64,000 nt of DNA, taken from positions 48,705 through 112,704 of the forward strand of contig JAZOTA010000045.1 in NCBI GenBank assembly GCA_045657425.1, read 5' to 3'. Position numbers and translations under genes: made by a program. Positions 62,692 through 64,000 of the stretch are shown piece by piece (positions within the stretch are counted from its first letter, which is position 1; each line of letters begins with the position of its first letter). The notes beneath the pieces are model-generated. The model made no database searches. It had not been told where the DNA came from and saw only the letters and a list, made by a program, of their open reading frames with translations. Source of the stretch: Eubacteriales bacterium. GTDB taxonomy: Bacteria; Bacillota; Clostridia; Oscillospirales; CAG-382.

Positions 62692-64000
62692 ATGTTTTCC
62701 AAAATCAAACTGTCACTCAGCCGTATCAATTACAAGCTTTTCGCAGCGCTTCTCGTCCTTGGACTTGCACCGACTGTCTACACCACGGTTCGTGTATTCT
62801 TCCTCGGTCAATTACCGGGAGAATGGTCATTCTCCATCGCCGGGCAGCTCTCGTGGGTGAACCTGCTCTATGAGATCATGAACGAGGCAATTATTCTGCC
62901 GTTGTTCTATTTTATCGGCAAGGTCAAAGATGACAAAAACAAGTTTTCAAACCGTGTGCGGACGGGTATGCTTATCTCCCTTTGCGTGTATGCTCTTCTT
63001 TCTGCCGTTGTTATTATTTTTGCAGAGCCAATGCTTTCGCTGATGGCAACCGACACAAGCATTATCGAGGCATCTGCGTCCTACATCAGAATTGAGAGTA
63101 TAGCAAATACATTCTCCATACTTACACAGTTTGCCCTTGTTGCTCTTGTCACCGTAAACAAGAGTAAATACTTATATGCACTCACAGGTGCAAGACTTGT
63201 GCTTTGTCTTGTGTCGGATACCTTCCTTGTTTCCTCTATGCCCGTATCGGCAAACCTCGGAGTCAATGGAATCGGATATTCCAACATCATTGTAAACGCC
63301 ATTCTGCTTGCCGTTTCTCTTATCTTTCTTGCCAAGGAAGAAATCAAGGTGTTTGCCAAGGCAAGACTTGATTTTGTTTGGACGAAGGAATTTATCAAGG
63401 TTGGTGGTGTTTCCGGTATTGAATCACTTGTTCGCAACGTTGCCTATATGGTTATGATTGCCCGTATGGTAAACGTTGTGGGTGAGCAAGGCACTTACTG
63501 GGTAGCAAATAATTTCATTTGGGGATGGCTCCTTTTGCCAGTGCTTCAATTGGGTGAGTTGATTAAGCAGGAGGTGGCTGCCGATAGGGAAAACATTCGT
63601 CGTAACTCCCTCGGCTATTTTGGTATCACGGCAATTATTTCTGCACTCTGGCTTATAAGCATTCCCGTGTGGAAGCCGTTTATGACAAACGTGCTTGGTT
63701 TCACCGACGTAGATAAGCTCTTCGGACTTGTAATGCTCCTTGTAGGCTTCTATGTACTGTACGCCGTGCAGAATGTGTTTGATTCCACCTTTTACGGACT
63801 CGGCAAAACAAACTATATGCTCTTTGAGTCGGTTGTGACGAACACGATTTATTACGGCATCGCATTCATTCTTTACATAACAAATATATGGACTCCTACG
63901 CTCACGGGAATCGCACTGCTTTTCGGTATCGGAAATGCCTTTGACAGTATAGTTTCTCTTGTGGCGTATGCATTCCTGCTGAAAAAAGAGAAAATCAATA
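62692..64000 (+). CDS. MATE family efflux transporter (3' end beyond the window)
   Basis: Not in the ORF track because no stop codon is reached. My own translation from ATG 62692 stays open to the window end: MFSKIKLSLSRINYKLFAALLVLGLAPTVYTTVRVFFLGQL..IESLVRNVAYMVMIARMVN... It is polytopic, with bipartite MATE-like repeats. Confidence 0.75.
   Translation, partial: MFSKIKLSLSRINYKLFAALLVLGLAPTVYTTVRVFFLGQLPGEWSFSIAGQLSWVNLLYEIMNEAIILPLFYFIGKVKDDKNKFSNRVRTGMLISLCVYALLSAVVIIFAEPMLSLMATDTSIIEASASYIRIESIANTFSILTQFALVALVTVNKSKYLYALTGARLVLCLVSDTFLVSSMPVSANLGVNGIGYSNIIVNAILLAVSLIFLAKEEIKVFAKARLDFVWTKEFIKVGGVSGIESLVRNVAYMVMIARMVNVVGEQGTYWVANNFIWGWLLLPVLQLGELIKQEVAADRENIRRNSLGYFGITAIISALWLISIPVWKPFMTNVLGFTDVDKLFGLVMLLVGFYVLYAVQNVFDSTFYGLGKTNYMLFESVVTNTIYYGIAFILYITNIWTPTLTGIALLFGIGNAFDSIVSLVAYAFLLKKEKIN

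Overview
This 64-kb window reads as a chromosomal segment of a spore-forming Firmicute, probably class Clostridia (the taxon is inferred from gene content only). The sporulation and germination genes present are spoIVB, spo0A, a gerA-family gene and a SleC-like cortex lytic enzyme. One secreted autolysin carries a dockerin-like tail. Most of the window is tightly packed housekeeping. This includes lysS, greA, ftsEX with an M23 peptidase and an S41 peptidase, rsmE, asnS, rplU-prp-rpmA-obg, prfA, fba, and an asnA-cysK-pdxK-cysteine desulfurase operon. It also includes a heterodimeric ABC exporter pair and two tRNAs, Leu-UAA and initiator Met. I found no rRNA, CRISPR array, transposase or integrase. 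Seven places do not look ordinary. (1) A GC-rich, helix-dense 310-bp intergenic region at 11415-11724 sits upstream of an M20 peptidase and matches no riboswitch or ncRNA class I can recognise. (2) The right end, 60.7-64 kb, contains a perfect 44-bp duplication of the 3' half of tRNA-fMet (att-like). Next to it are a low-GC GH43 gene, an array of six TATATCATC repeats (3 direct, 3 inverted) interleaved with mini-hairpins, and a MATE gene with a long leader carrying two tandem terminators. (3) The spoIVB-spo0A neighbourhood is split by a Phd/Doc toxin-antitoxin pair plus an atypical metallophosphoesterase. (4) A three-gene unit is coupled by TAATG overlaps: a Cys-rich membrane protein, an orphan glycyl-radical-activase-like radical SAM enzyme, and a HAD phosphatase. 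(5) A hairpin-rich intergenic repeat family occurs at three or more loci. (6) Dense 0A boxes lie upstream of spo0A. (7) Several unusual domain architectures occur: LysRS with a tRNA-binding domain, a SleC-like protein with five PG-binding repeats, GH73-Big2-SH3-dockerin, and an SdpR/SdpI-like pair with no toxin genes. All functional calls come from reading the translated ORFs and motifs by eye. No database search was run.
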